Origin: Terriglobia bacterium
GTDB lineage: Bacteria > Acidobacteriota > Terriglobia > 20CM-2-55-15
Direction: 5' to 3'
Length of the DNA stretch: 64,000 bases
Assembly: GCA_965198265.1 (NCBI GenBank)
Contig: CBDAPB010000026.1
Span: 61,614 to 125,613 of the forward strand
In this document: positions 8,813-18,365 of the stretch, in pieces
Layout of the letters: each line of letters opens with the position of its first letter
How positions within the stretch are numbered: position 1 is the stretch's first letter
Translations under genes and position numbers: made by a program
Notes under the pieces: generated by a model
What the model was told of the DNA's origin: nothing
Databases searched by the model: none
Seen by the model: only the letters and a program-made list of their open reading frames with translations

Positions 8813-9739
8813 ATGAACTGTCTAGACCGCGAACACGATATTGTCCTTTTTCTCTACGACGAACTGCCAGAAGGACGGCGAAGCGAGCTCCGCGCTCACA
8901 TGGATACCTGTGAGTCCTGCCAGCGCTTCTATGAGAATGAGAAACAGTTGCATTTCAGCCTGACCGAGGACTTCTCCGACTGGGAAGTTCCATCGGACCT
9001 TCTGGTCGAGTCTCGACGAACTCTGTCGGAGGAATTGGATCGCATCGACGCGCGCCGCTCGTGGTGGCACCTGCCGTCGATGGCGCCGGTCTTCTCTCGA
9101 ATGCGCCTGCTGGAATCGGCAGCGCTGGTTTCGATCGGACTGGCGCTAGGTGTTTACGTCATGGCTCAGCGCCCGGCCGCTCCGTCTCTTCCGCCCCCAA
9201 CCCAGCAAGTCCTGGTCGACCCGATCCCACAGAACGCCGCAGTTTCCAACCTCCGAATCATCGATTCCGACCTCTCAACCGGTCAGGTTCAGCTCGCTGG
9301 CGAGATGGTTCAGTCGATGCGGCTGCAGGGCAACCTGCGGGATGAAAACGTCCGGCGCCTCCTCTTTGGCGCTCTGCAATCGGGAGGCAACGCCGGGTTC
9401 CGGCTGCGGGCCGTCGAGCTGCTGGCCCAGGATCCACGTGATCCCAGCGTGAAAGATGTACTGATCGGCGCTCTGTTGAACGACGAGAACGCCGGAGTGC
9501 GGCTCTACGCCCTGCAGGGTTTGAAAGCGTTTGCTTCCGACGAAGACGTGCGCAGGGCCCTGATCTATGCACTGGAGAATGACGGCAATGCGGGGATACG
9601 TGTCGAGGCAATCGAGGCCTTGATGCCGCTGACTCAGGATGAAAACATGGGAGAGATCATCCAGGCAGCGACGCGAGAAGACGAGAACGCATACGTTCGG
9701 ATGAAGGCGTTGCAGTTCGTGGGAACGGGTAACGAATGA
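8813..9739 (+). CDS. anti-sigma factor: N-terminal zinc-finger domain, one TM helix, C-terminal HEAT repeats
   Basis: HMDTCESCQ motif, the TM helix LVSIGLALGVYVMA, then repeated NAG(F/V)R(L/V)xA(V/L)xxL HEAT/PBS-lyase-like units. Confidence 0.65.
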   Translation: MNCLDREHDIVLFLYDELPEGRRSELRAHMDTCESCQRFYENEKQLHFSLTEDFSDWEVPSDLLVESRRTLSEELDRIDARRSWWHLPSMAPVFSRMRLLESAALVSIGLALGVYVMAQRPAAPSLPPPTQQVLVDPIPQNAAVSNLRIIDSDLSTGQVQLAGEMVQSMRLQGNLRDENVRRLLFGALQSGGNAGFRLRAVELLAQDPRDPSVKDVLIGALLNDENAGVRLYALQGLKAFASDEDVRRALIYALENDGNAGIRVEAIEALMPLTQDENMGEIIQAATREDENAYVRMKALQFVGTGNE

Positions 9740-10896
9740 AGATTGGTTTGAAGCCGAAGATGGATTTGAAGCGTTCTGCTTGGCGTAGCGCCCTGGTCAT
9801 AGTTTCGATTCTCGCCCTCCAGTCTCTGGCTCTCGCCCAATGCCCGATCCCAGAAAACGGATCCCTGTTCGTTCGAGCACCGCTGGGCAACCTGTTGATC
9901 GACACTTCCGCGTCCGGGTTTGTCGAGGTCGAAGTCTCGAACTCGGCTATTGAAGTCGAGGAGAACTGTTTCGAAGATCACGTCGAAGTGGGCGGCACGG
10001 CTCCGGCCCAGTTTTTCGGACCTGTCGACTGGCGGATCCTGGTGCCCGGTTCCGTCGACCTTGATCTCATCACTTTCGCCGGAGGCATTCGCGTCTCGAC
10101 TACCTCAGGGAACGTCACTCTGCGCACCACTGGGGGTTCAGTTGTCACGGGAAACATCGGAGGGACGGCTGCCGTGATCACCCAGGGCGGTTCGATCCTC
10201 GTCGGCAACATCGGCGGTGATGCGGAGCTGAGAAGCCTGGGTGGACAGATCGAGATCGGCGACGTCACCGGGAACGCGGAGTTGGAAACGCTGGGCGGCC
10301 CGATCACGACGGGAACCATCGCGGGGCAAGTACGCGCAGAAACAGCCGGCGGAACGATCAGAATCTCGGAAAGCCAGGGGGATCTCAACGCCGTGACGCT
10401 GGCCGGTGATATCGTCATCGGCACCGCGAGCCGTACGACCGTTCAGACAGCCGGTGGAAACATCATCGGACTGGTGATTCACGGCCCGTTCCAGGGCTTT
10501 ACCGAGCTGGGGAACATCCGGCTCGATCGCGCCGAGGCTTCCGTCGAAGCAACGTCTGGCATGGGAGACATCCAGGCCCGACTGGCGCCAACTTCCTTCG
10601 ATGGCGATCTCCATGTCACCCTGAGGACGAGTTCAGGTAGCATCCGGCTCGACATTCCCGAGAACCTCCCGGCCGACATCGAGGCCGTCGTCGACCGCTT
10701 GATCGTCCAGGAGCAGCGCATCCGGTCCGATTTTCCGCTCCGAAACGTCGGTTCAAACAGCAACACCACAACCTTCGGCCAGCGCTTTACGGTCGCTCCG
10801 GTCATACGGAACACCACTGTCCTGAACGGCGGCGGCAACCCGATCAAAGTCCAGACCTCCCGGGGCACCATCGAGATCCGCCGAATCCGCCAATAG
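9736..10896 (+). CDS. DUF4097 (putative adhesin / YvlB-LiaG-like) repeat protein
   Basis: Signal peptide followed by repetitive G-x-I/V beta-strand units (GNIGGTAAVITQGGSILVGNIGGDAELRSLGGQIEIGDVTGNAELETLGG). Confidence 0.7.
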   Translation: MKIGLKPKMDLKRSAWRSALVIVSILALQSLALAQCPIPENGSLFVRAPLGNLLIDTSASGFVEVEVSNSAIEVEENCFEDHVEVGGTAPAQFFGPVDWRILVPGSVDLDLITFAGGIRVSTTSGNVTLRTTGGSVVTGNIGGTAAVITQGGSILVGNIGGDAELRSLGGQIEIGDVTGNAELETLGGPITTGTIAGQVRAETAGGTIRISESQGDLNAVTLAGDIVIGTASRTTVQTAGGNIIGLVIHGPFQGFTELGNIRLDRAEASVEATSGMGDIQARLAPTSFDGDLHVTLRTSSGSIRLDIPENLPADIEAVVDRLIVQEQRIRSDFPLRNVGSNSNTTTFGQRFTVAPVIRNTTVLNGGGNPIKVQTSRGTIEIRRIRQ

Positions 10897-10919
10897 CCCC
10901 CCCCCAGATCGTCGCCCTT

Positions 10920-11063
10920 TTTTCACCGCAAAGACGCAAAGGCGCAGAGTCAAAGACTCTGAAGCTGCGCCTTCTTAGCCTCGTCTCTCCACTAGTTGCA
11001 TGGAAGGCGCCGCACTCTGGCTGCAGAAGAACAAGGCCTTTGCGTCTTTGCGCCTTTGCGGTT
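10920..11063. repeat. Family-1 hairpin element
   Basis: tttcaccgcaaagacgcaaaggcgcagag ... cctttgcgtctttgcgcctttgcggtt. Abuts the stop of the M16 peptidase gene. Confidence 0.8.
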
Positions 11064-13779
11064 AATTCGTTCCCCTGAGGATGGCGATCTTGGCTGTGTC
11101 GGGGCTGAGGTATCTGGCGGCGACGGATTGGATGAACTCCAGGCCGACGAGCTGGATGTTCCCGCTGAATTCATCGACTGCCGAGACGCCGGTGCCGGCG
11201 TACACCGAGCGCGCGTAAGTCAGGACGCGTCCCAGACGGGTCTGGAGCTGGATTTCATGGGCGCCAACGGAATAGTTGATACCCTTCTGAAGTTCGTCTT
11301 CGGTGATCCCGTCCGCAATCAGCCGCTTGATCTCCGCTTCCAGCGACTCGAGCACCTGCGCTTCGTTCGCCGGCGAAAAGGCCGTGTAGGTAAACACTGC
11401 ACCGGCCTTGGCCAGCAGGACATCCGACGCCATTACGGTGTAAGCCAGACCCTGCTGCTCGCGGATCGTCTCGAAGAAACGGCCGCCCAGGCCCGAAACG
11501 ACATTTCCAAGTACCTTCAGCGCAAACCGGTCCGGATTCGAGTTCGTCGGCCCGACGAAACCGTAGACCAGAGCCGTCTGCCGCCTGGAGGCTGACTCGA
11601 CGTTCTCCTCACGCTCCAGGTCGACGTCGGGGATCGGCAGCGTGGAGATGTCGCGCTCAAACAGATCCTCGTTGGTCAACGCTTCTGCGATCGAAGCCAC
11701 GAGCCCGGTGCCCTGCGTGTCGCCGACGATCACGATGAGAGGAACCAGCGTTCGCTGATGGAGCTGATGCCACTCGGCCAGATTTTCCCGGGTCAGGGAT
11801 CGAAGCGTCTCTTCGGTACCGACCGCCGGACGGGCATAGGAGTGCCCGTCAAAGACGGTGGACATGAACAGCTGCACGGGGTAGCGAAGATTGTCCTCGC
11901 GGAGCTTGCTGATTCGAGCCTGCTGCAGGCTGCGCTCGAGTTCCACCTCTTCGTCGGGAAACGCCGGCTCCTGGAGGATCTCGATCAGAATCTCCAGCGC
12001 TTGGTTCATCTGTCCGCTGACGCCGTCCAAGATGTAACCGAAGAAATCCTGTTCGTTGACGACCTGGATCCGAGCGCCTGCGTTTTCAAGCCGACGCCCG
12101 ATATCGGCGGTGTTGTACCGGCGGGTACCCCGCAACGCACTGCGCAGCATCAACTCGGTGATGCCCGCATTCGTCGCAGATTCGTAGAGACGCCCTCCGG
12201 GATAGAAAATCCCGAACGAAACCAGCGGCAGCCGATGGTCCTCCAGAACATACACATCGGGGCCCCGGAGGATCGAACTTCGGACGATCGGCCGCACGAG
12301 GTCTTGAACGAGCTCCTGGTCGACAAGCCGCACCTCGGCCGAGACGGGTAGTTCTTCCACAGACCGCTCGATCACTGCCTGACCCACCAGCCGGAGCACA
12401 TTGTCGCGAAAATCTGCGTTAGAAAACGATCGAGTCACCGACGCGGGCAGGTACTCGAACAGGCCGAGGTTCTCATTGCTAAGGTAGGCGTTAGCGACGC
12501 GAGAGACATCGGAGGCCGCCACGCTCAGGATGCCGGGCAGGTACGCGTCCGCCCGCTTCCAGTCTCCGAGCGCCTCGTGACGGGACAGTTCTTCGGCGAT
12601 GCCATCGACCGTCTCGAGTCGATGGTAGAACTCCTGAGCCAGCAAAGCCTTCGCCCGGGACAGTTCCTCACCGGTCACCCCGAACTGTTTGACCTGCTCG
12701 ATCTCGGCCAGTGCAGCGATTTCCGCATCGATAGGCGATGCCGCTGTTTCCAATGTGATCTCGAAATAACCGAGGTCTCTGAAGCCGGACAGCGAAGCGG
12801 AAGCGCTGCTGATAATGCCCTGCTCATCGCGGAGAAACCGGTTCATCCGGGATGCCCGTCCGGTGGTCAGAATCGACCGGAGGACCTCGAGCGGGTAGCG
12901 ATCATCGGAACGGGCGTCGGGAACATGGTAGCCGATCGCAATGTGGCTCTGCTCGTGGCTTCCACGCTCCCAGTTGTACCGGAAGCTTGCCTGGGATCCC
13001 TCCGAAGGGGCGGAATCCCTCTCAACAGCCGTGTCTTCGGCGTCCCCGTAGAGCCGGATGACTTGCTCCAACATCTCTTCCCGCTCGAACCGGCCGACGA
13101 GAGTCAGTATGATGTTCGACGGCTGGTAGTACTTCCTGTAGTAGGCCACGATGTCGTCCCGCGTCAGCGCCCGCAGCCCCTCGGCGCTGCCGATTCGCCA
13201 TCGCCGCATTCGATGACTGCGGAACGCGGTCTCGTACAGCCTCTCGGACGCCACCGCAGGGGGGTTGTCCAGCTTTCTGTTGTTTTCCTGCAGGATTACT
13301 TCGATCTCGCGAGCGAGTTCTTCATCATCAAGTGTCGGATTCCACAGCGCATCGGCCTGGATGTCCATCGCCGCTACGGTGTTCTCTGCCGGCACGACGG
13401 CCCGGTACACGGTACGGTCGTAAGCGGTATAGGCGTTCAGGTAACCTCCAAGGGCCTTGGTTTGCCTCGCAATCTGACCGACCGGCCGCTTTGGCGTTCC
13501 TTTGAAGAACATGTGCTCGATCACATGGGAGATCCCCGAGATCCGATCGGGCTCGTCGAAGTACCCCACCTTGACGTGGGTCGTCACGCTGGTCAACGGG
13601 ATGGCGTTCTGCTCTCGAACGATCACGGTCAGACCGTTCTGCAGGATGACTTTCGTCGTCTGTCCGACGTCTTCTCTGAAAATATAGGGTCCCACGATTT
13701 CTCCGGCTATCGGTACTTCAGGAATTGGTATCGGCAACTGCGGAATGACCTGCAGAAAAAGAAGGAAAGCCAGAAACAT
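11062..13779 (-). CDS. M16 family zinc peptidase with two tandem M16 units (pitrilysin-like)
   Basis: Signal peptide; inverted zinc motif HVIEHMFFKGT; length consistent with a duplicated M16 fold. Confidence 0.85.
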   Translation of the reverse strand: MFLAFLLFLQVIPQLPIPIPEVPIAGEIVGPYIFREDVGQTTKVILQNGLTVIVREQNAIPLTSVTTHVKVGYFDEPDRISGISHVIEHMFFKGTPKRPVGQIARQTKALGGYLNAYTAYDRTVYRAVVPAENTVAAMDIQADALWNPTLDDEELAREIEVILQENNRKLDNPPAVASERLYETAFRSHRMRRWRIGSAEGLRALTRDDIVAYYRKYYQPSNIILTLVGRFEREEMLEQVIRLYGDAEDTAVERDSAPSEGSQASFRYNWERGSHEQSHIAIGYHVPDARSDDRYPLEVLRSILTTGRASRMNRFLRDEQGIISSASASLSGFRDLGYFEITLETAASPIDAEIAALAEIEQVKQFGVTGEELSRAKALLAQEFYHRLETVDGIAEELSRHEALGDWKRADAYLPGILSVAASDVSRVANAYLSNENLGLFEYLPASVTRSFSNADFRDNVLRLVGQAVIERSVEELPVSAEVRLVDQELVQDLVRPIVRSSILRGPDVYVLEDHRLPLVSFGIFYPGGRLYESATNAGITELMLRSALRGTRRYNTADIGRRLENAGARIQVVNEQDFFGYILDGVSGQMNQALEILIEILQEPAFPDEEVELERSLQQARISKLREDNLRYPVQLFMSTVFDGHSYARPAVGTEETLRSLTRENLAEWHQLHQRTLVPLIVIVGDTQGTGLVASIAEALTNEDLFERDISTLPIPDVDLEREENVESASRRQTALVYGFVGPTNSNPDRFALKVLGNVVSGLGGRFFETIREQQGLAYTVMASDVLLAKAGAVFTYTAFSPANEAQVLESLEAEIKRLIADGITEDELQKGINYSVGAHEIQLQTRLGRVLTYARSVYAGTGVSAVDEFSGNIQLVGLEFIQSVAARYLSPDTAKIAILRGTN

Positions 13780-13826
13780 ACAAACAGTTTACCGCAGCGC
13801 TTGCCCGAGTAGTTTCGGCGAATCGT

Positions 13827-14004
13827 TTTTCACCGCAAAGGCGCAAAGACGCAAAGGTTATATACCCCCAAGCCGCCTATGATTCCGATTATTCGATACG
13901 GTATCGCTGAAACAAAAAAGCCTATCGCCGTGAGGCATGTTGCGGGTCAGGTGGCGCTGTATCGGCATGAATTAAAAAAATCTTTGCGTCTTTGCGCCTT
14001 TGCG
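13827..14004. repeat. Family-1 hairpin element, long variant with a conserved 50-nt inner motif
   Basis: Arms caccgcaaaggcgcaaagacgcaaag / tctttgcgtctttgcgcctttgcg. Inner motif ggcatgttgcgggtcaggtggcgctgtatcggcatgaat. Confidence 0.8.
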
Positions 14005-14005
14005 A

Positions 14006-14443
14006 TCAAACATCTTCGTCCGCACCGCTCTCAAGTTGAATCTGGCGAGCATTCGCGTCGACGTAGGTCAGGGTGACGCGTGTGGCGGGACCGGGGTCGA
14101 AGTTGCCGAGACGTTCGGCCCATTCCACGACCACCGCGGCCGCGGGTTCATCGAACATGTCTTCCAGGCCCAGATCGTCGAGCTCGCCTGACTCGATGCG
14201 ATAGAGGTCGACATGGTAGATCGGCATCCGCGCCGCGTACTGATTGACGAGCGTGAAGGTCGGGCTGGATACCTCGCCGACGTCCTCCAGACCCAGGCCG
14301 GCGGCCAACCCCTTCGCGAACGTTGTTTTTCCGGCTCCGAGTTCACCGAAGAGCAGGACGTGAACCGGCAGTTCCAGCGTGCCGGCCAGTTCCCGGGCAA
14401 ACTCGAACGTTTGCTCCTCAGACTGGGAAAGAAAGCTCGTCAT
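14006..14443 (-). CDS. tsaE: tRNA t6A37 biosynthesis ATPase TsaE
   Basis: Walker A motif (FGELGAGKTTFAKG) and the YHVDLYRIE motif. Start trimmed to MTSFLSQ because the longer ORF extension runs through the repeat. Confidence 0.85.
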   Translation of the reverse strand: MTSFLSQSEEQTFEFARELAGTLELPVHVLLFGELGAGKTTFAKGLAAGLGLEDVGEVSSPTFTLVNQYAARMPIYHVDLYRIESGELDDLGLEDMFDEPAAAVVVEWAERLGNFDPGPATRVTLTYVDANARQIQLESGADEDV

Positions 14444-14452
14444 CGGGGGTAT

Positions 14453-14720
14453 TTCACCGCAAAGGCGCGAAGGCGCAAAGGCTGTATTCGCACAAGGAAG
14501 GCTCCAGTTCACCGTTGCGGTCTCTCTATACGTAGATGTCCTTTTCACGTAGAAACGAAAAAAACGAAGGACAGACGAGGACTAGTTCCGAAAAAATCTT
14601 CGTTCACTTCGCTTCTTCGTGTCGAAACAACGATCTATCGTCTTGAGGCACGTTGCAAGTCAGGTGGCGCTGCATCGGCATGAATGAACAAGATCTTTGC
14701 GCCTTCGCGCCTTTGCGGTG
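14453..14720. repeat. Family-1 hairpin element, long variant (second copy of the inner motif)
   Basis: Arms tttcaccgcaaaggcgcgaaggcgcaaagg / tctttgcgccttcgcgcctttgcggtg. Inner motif ggcacgttgcaagtcaggtggcgctgcatcggcatgaat. Confidence 0.8.
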
Positions 14721-14726
14721 AAAAAA

Positions 14727-16343
14727 CTAGTCTTCCCGGAGCTCCCGCCACGCTTCGGGCAGGAACCCGATGATGTCGGTGGCGACGAGGGATTCTTCCC
14801 CGAGTTCCGAGGCGGCGATGTCCCCGGCCAGTCCGTGCAGGTAGACGGCGAGGCAGAGACGCTCTTCGAAACCACCCAAATGCGGCTGACCCAGGATGCC
14901 GGCGATCATTCCGGTCAGGATGTCTCCGCTTCCGGCTGTCGCCATGCCGGCATTTCCGGTCGGGTTTACGAAGGCGGTTCCGTCCGGACACGCGATGACA
15001 CTGCGGAAACCCTTCAGAACGACGTAGACGTCATGTTCACGGGCAAAGTCACGGGCCACTTCCAGCCGATTCCGACTGATGTAAGCGACATCCCTCCCGT
15101 TCAGCCGAGCCATTTCTCCGGGGTGGGGGGTGACGATGACGCCACTCTCAGTCCCGCGCAGCTCGGCTCCGTGCCCCTCGAAGGCGTTCAATCCGTCGGC
15201 ATCCAGAACAACGGGGACTGAAAGACGACTGAGCAGGCCCCGAACCAGTTCAGCCGTCTCCGGATGTCGGCTGATTCCTGGCCCGAGCGCCACGATCGAC
15301 TTTCCGGTGACCACCGTCTCCAGCCGCCCATCATCGAGCACAGCCCGGGAGAGGGTCCCTGCATCTGTCTCCGGAAGCGGCTCGGTCATCACCTCCGCCA
15401 TGTGTCCTGCTATCGTCGGAAGCACGCCCTCGGGGCCGGCAACGGTCACCAGCCCGGAGCCGGACTGAAGCGCCGCCTGTCCGGCCATCGCTGCCGCTCC
15501 AGCTTTGCCCCGAGACCCGCCTATGACCAGAACCTTGCCATAATCACCTTTGTTCGTGTCCTGATCCCTGGTGTAGGCGGCGTCGGGAAAACTGTCGGGC
15601 AGGAGCAGGTTGACGTTCAGGCTTGGATCGTCGAAGAGCTCGCGCGGGTTCCCGATGTCGGCGATCACGACCTCACCGGCCATCTCATGAGCCGGGGGAA
15701 ACACCAGGCAGAATTTTGGGGCCGACAACGTCACGGTCAAGTCTGCATCGACGGCGGGACCGGCAAGATCCGCGCTGTCGGCGGCGCATCCGGAAGGCAG
15801 GTCGATCGACGCAATCATCGCTTCCGGGAAGTCGTCCCTCATCGATTCAACGACGGTCCGCAACAACCCCTCGATGGGCTTGGACAGGCCTGTACCCAGT
15901 AGTGCATCCACGACGATGTCCGAGTCGATGATTTCTAGACGTTCCCGATTCCATTCGTCCTGGTTCTGGATGTGGACTGGCGGGTACCCGATCGCAGACA
16001 GTATCTCCAGATTCGTCTTAGCGTCACCGGTGACCTCGGAGGGCGAAGCGAACAGGAAGACCGCAGGGAAACATCCCCGCTGCATCAACTGCCTGGCAAC
16101 GACAAATCCGTCGCCGCCGTTGTTCCCTTTACCGCAAAGAATGGCCACCGACCGGGTCTCGAGCTCTTCCACGCGCGCGTCGATGGCCTCGACGACACGC
16201 ATACCTGCGTTTTCCATCAGAATGCTGCCGGCAATGCCGAACTTCTCAGTCGATATGCGGTCGATCTCGCGGATCTCGGCGGAAGTGAGGATCTTCGTCA
16301 AGGGAAGGCTACCTGAAAACGAAAAAGGACGCAGAGCCCACAT
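14727..16343 (-). CDS. nnr: bifunctional NAD(P)H-hydrate repair enzyme Nnr (epimerase + ADP-dependent dehydratase)
   Basis: YjeF N-terminal motif (GKGNNGGDGFVVARQL) and C-terminal carbohydrate-kinase fold (VLVIGGSRGKAGAAAMAG). Typical neighbour of tsaE. Confidence 0.85.
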   Translation of the reverse strand: MWALRPFSFSGSLPLTKILTSAEIREIDRISTEKFGIAGSILMENAGMRVVEAIDARVEELETRSVAILCGKGNNGGDGFVVARQLMQRGCFPAVFLFASPSEVTGDAKTNLEILSAIGYPPVHIQNQDEWNRERLEIIDSDIVVDALLGTGLSKPIEGLLRTVVESMRDDFPEAMIASIDLPSGCAADSADLAGPAVDADLTVTLSAPKFCLVFPPAHEMAGEVVIADIGNPRELFDDPSLNVNLLLPDSFPDAAYTRDQDTNKGDYGKVLVIGGSRGKAGAAAMAGQAALQSGSGLVTVAGPEGVLPTIAGHMAEVMTEPLPETDAGTLSRAVLDDGRLETVVTGKSIVALGPGISRHPETAELVRGLLSRLSVPVVLDADGLNAFEGHGAELRGTESGVIVTPHPGEMARLNGRDVAYISRNRLEVARDFAREHDVYVVLKGFRSVIACPDGTAFVNPTGNAGMATAGSGDILTGMIAGILGQPHLGGFEERLCLAVYLHGLAGDIAASELGEESLVATDIIGFLPEAWRELRED

Positions 16344-16374
16344 TGGGCCTGCGTCCTTGATTGCATCGACTGGA

Positions 16375-16932
16375 TCAGTTGTCCGAGAGCAGCGCGCTCA
16401 AGTCGGTCAACAGCTTGTCGACCGGGATCAAACCACCCGTCACGTTCTTCCAGATCAAAGTTCCTTCCTCATCGATCAGGAAGTAGTAGCGGTTGGCAAC
16501 CCTGACAGCAAGGTTGTCCCGGATTGCGCCATACATGGCAGAGACCTTCAAATCCGGATCACTCAGGAAACGGTTCTTGGCTCCAACCTTGTTCTTGAAC
16601 TCGTTCTGCGATGGGGCAAGGTCTCTGGAAACTCCGACGATCTCGATGCCCAGTTCCAGAAACTCGTCATATCTCTCACCGAACTCGGTGAACTCTCGCG
16701 TTCAGCCGCCGGTGAAGTCGGCCGGGTAGAACGCGAGCAGGACTTTACTGCGACCCGAGAAATCCTTGAGTCCAATCGTCTCTTGTCCGGCGATTCCGGC
16801 TGGACTCTCGAAATCGGGGGCCTTCTCTCCTACCGTCGGGGTGTTGTCGGCACCGGGTGCGGACAACTGGCTGAAGGCCATCGGGGCCATCACCAATGCC
16901 ACGATCGGAAGGAGCACGGCAATCCTCTTCAT
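16375..16932 (-). CDS. secreted BCP/PrxQ-type peroxiredoxin with in-frame TGA (candidate selenocysteine) at the catalytic position
   Basis: Signal peptide MKRIAVLLPIVALVMAPMAFS. The protein reads ...KVLLAFYPADFTGG-[TGA at 16702-16704]-TREFTEFGERYDEFLELGIEIVGVSRD...YFLIDEEGTLIWKNV... and stays in frame to the TGA at 16375-16377. The TGA aligns with the Cys of the FYPxDFTPGCT motif. Confidence 0.6.
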
Positions 16933-17144
16933 CTCTGTCGTCCTCCTCTTGAATCGGCGGCGAGGAGCTCGACGCCGCGTGAAAATGACCCGGCACTTCG
17001 GTCTCTCGGACCTGCCGGACCCGGAATGAGAACCCGTAGATGATATGCTAAGATTTCCGTCTTATGCAAGGTTTCGCACCAGCGAAGTCTTGAGCTGTCA
17101 ATAATTAAGGCCGATTACGGGCCCGACCCCCCGTTCTAGATCGA

Positions 17145-18365
17145 ATGCCACTCGCAAATGTCAAAAAGTTGGAGGCCGCCTACCTCCTGGGTATTTACAA
17201 CCGCTACGAGGTCCTGATCGACCGCGGTAGCGGAGCGTACCTGTTCGATCGCAGCAACAAACGATACCTGGATCTGATGGCCGGCATCGGTGTCAACGCA
17301 ATGGGGTATGGCGACCCGCGGATTCTCCGGGTCCTGCGAAAGCAGATCAAGAAGCCGATTCACCTCTCCAACCTGCTGTACCACGACTATCAGGGCCGGC
17401 TGGCGGAACGGCTCGTGCAGGTCTCCGGCCTGGATCGGGTGTTCTTCACGAACAGCGGCACGGAATCGGTCGAAGGATGTCTCAAATTCGCCCGGGTCTA
17501 CGCAAACTGGCAGGTCGAGCGCACGTCGGCACGGAAGTACCGGGTCCTTGCCCTGGAGGGATCCTTTCATGGGCGCACTCTGGGTTCGCTTTCCGCAACT
17601 AACAAGCAGAAGTACCGCGAACCCTTCGAACCGCTCGTGCCTGGTTTCGACTTCGTCCGGTTCAACGACGTCGCGGACCTGGAATCGAAGTTCTCCGACG
17701 ATGTCTGCGCGGTGATCTTCGAAACGATACAAGGCGAAGGCGGTGTCCGTCCTGTCTCCGAAGAGTACTACCGGCGGGCGCGCAAGCTTACCCGGGACGC
17801 AGGGTGCGTCCTCATGTGCGATGAAATCCAGTGCGGCCTGGGACGTACCGGGCGTTGGTTCGCTTTCCACAAATTCGCCGATCCGAGCCAGAGCGAGGAA
17901 CTTCCCGACCTGGTGTCTCTGGCCAAGCCGCTCGGGGTTGGCATCCCGCTCGGAGCGGTTCTGATGAAGGAAGACCTCGCCCGGACAATCGAAGTCGGAA
18001 CCCACGGCACGACGTTCGGCGGCGGACCCCTCGCATGTCGATTGAGCCTGGAACTGTTCAGGATCTTCGAGGAGGACGGCATCCTCGAACACGTCGTGGA
18101 GGTGGGCCGGCACTTCCGGCGCCGGCTCGAAGAGCTGACCGACCTGCCGATAGTCGAGGAGGTGCGTGGCGAGGGGCTGATGCTCGCCCTTGAACTGGGC
18201 GTCTCAGGCCGACCCGTCGTCAGAAAGCTGCTCGCGAAAGGCTTCATCGTGAATTGCACCCGCGAGAAAGTTCTTCGGATGCTGCCCCCGCTGATCATCA
18301 CATCGAAACAAGTGGATCGGTTCGTGAAAGTCCTGAGATCCCTGCTGGAGAACCACAATGCCTGA
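17145..18365 (+). CDS. argD: class III PLP aminotransferase, acetylornithine aminotransferase-like
   Basis: Overall ArgD/AstC-like sequence with the PLP-lysine region (LMCDEIQCGLGRTGRWFA). Confidence 0.8.
   Translation: MPLANVKKLEAAYLLGIYNRYEVLIDRGSGAYLFDRSNKRYLDLMAGIGVNAMGYGDPRILRVLRKQIKKPIHLSNLLYHDYQGRLAERLVQVSGLDRVFFTNSGTESVEGCLKFARVYANWQVERTSARKYRVLALEGSFHGRTLGSLSATNKQKYREPFEPLVPGFDFVRFNDVADLESKFSDDVCAVIFETIQGEGGVRPVSEEYYRRARKLTRDAGCVLMCDEIQCGLGRTGRWFAFHKFADPSQSEELPDLVSLAKPLGVGIPLGAVLMKEDLARTIEVGTHGTTFGGGPLACRLSLELFRIFEEDGILEHVVEVGRHFRRRLEELTDLPIVEEVRGEGLMLALELGVSGRPVVRKLLAKGFIVNCTREKVLRMLPPLIITSKQVDRFVKVLRSLLENHNA

Noticed and set aside
12577-13812. 411 aa ORF on the + strand
   Set aside because: Entirely antisense to the well-supported M16 peptidase gene. 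Low-complexity translation typical of a GC-rich antisense frame.
17136-18113. 325 aa ORF on the - strand
   Set aside because: Antisense to the argD-like aminotransferase. No recognisable domain.
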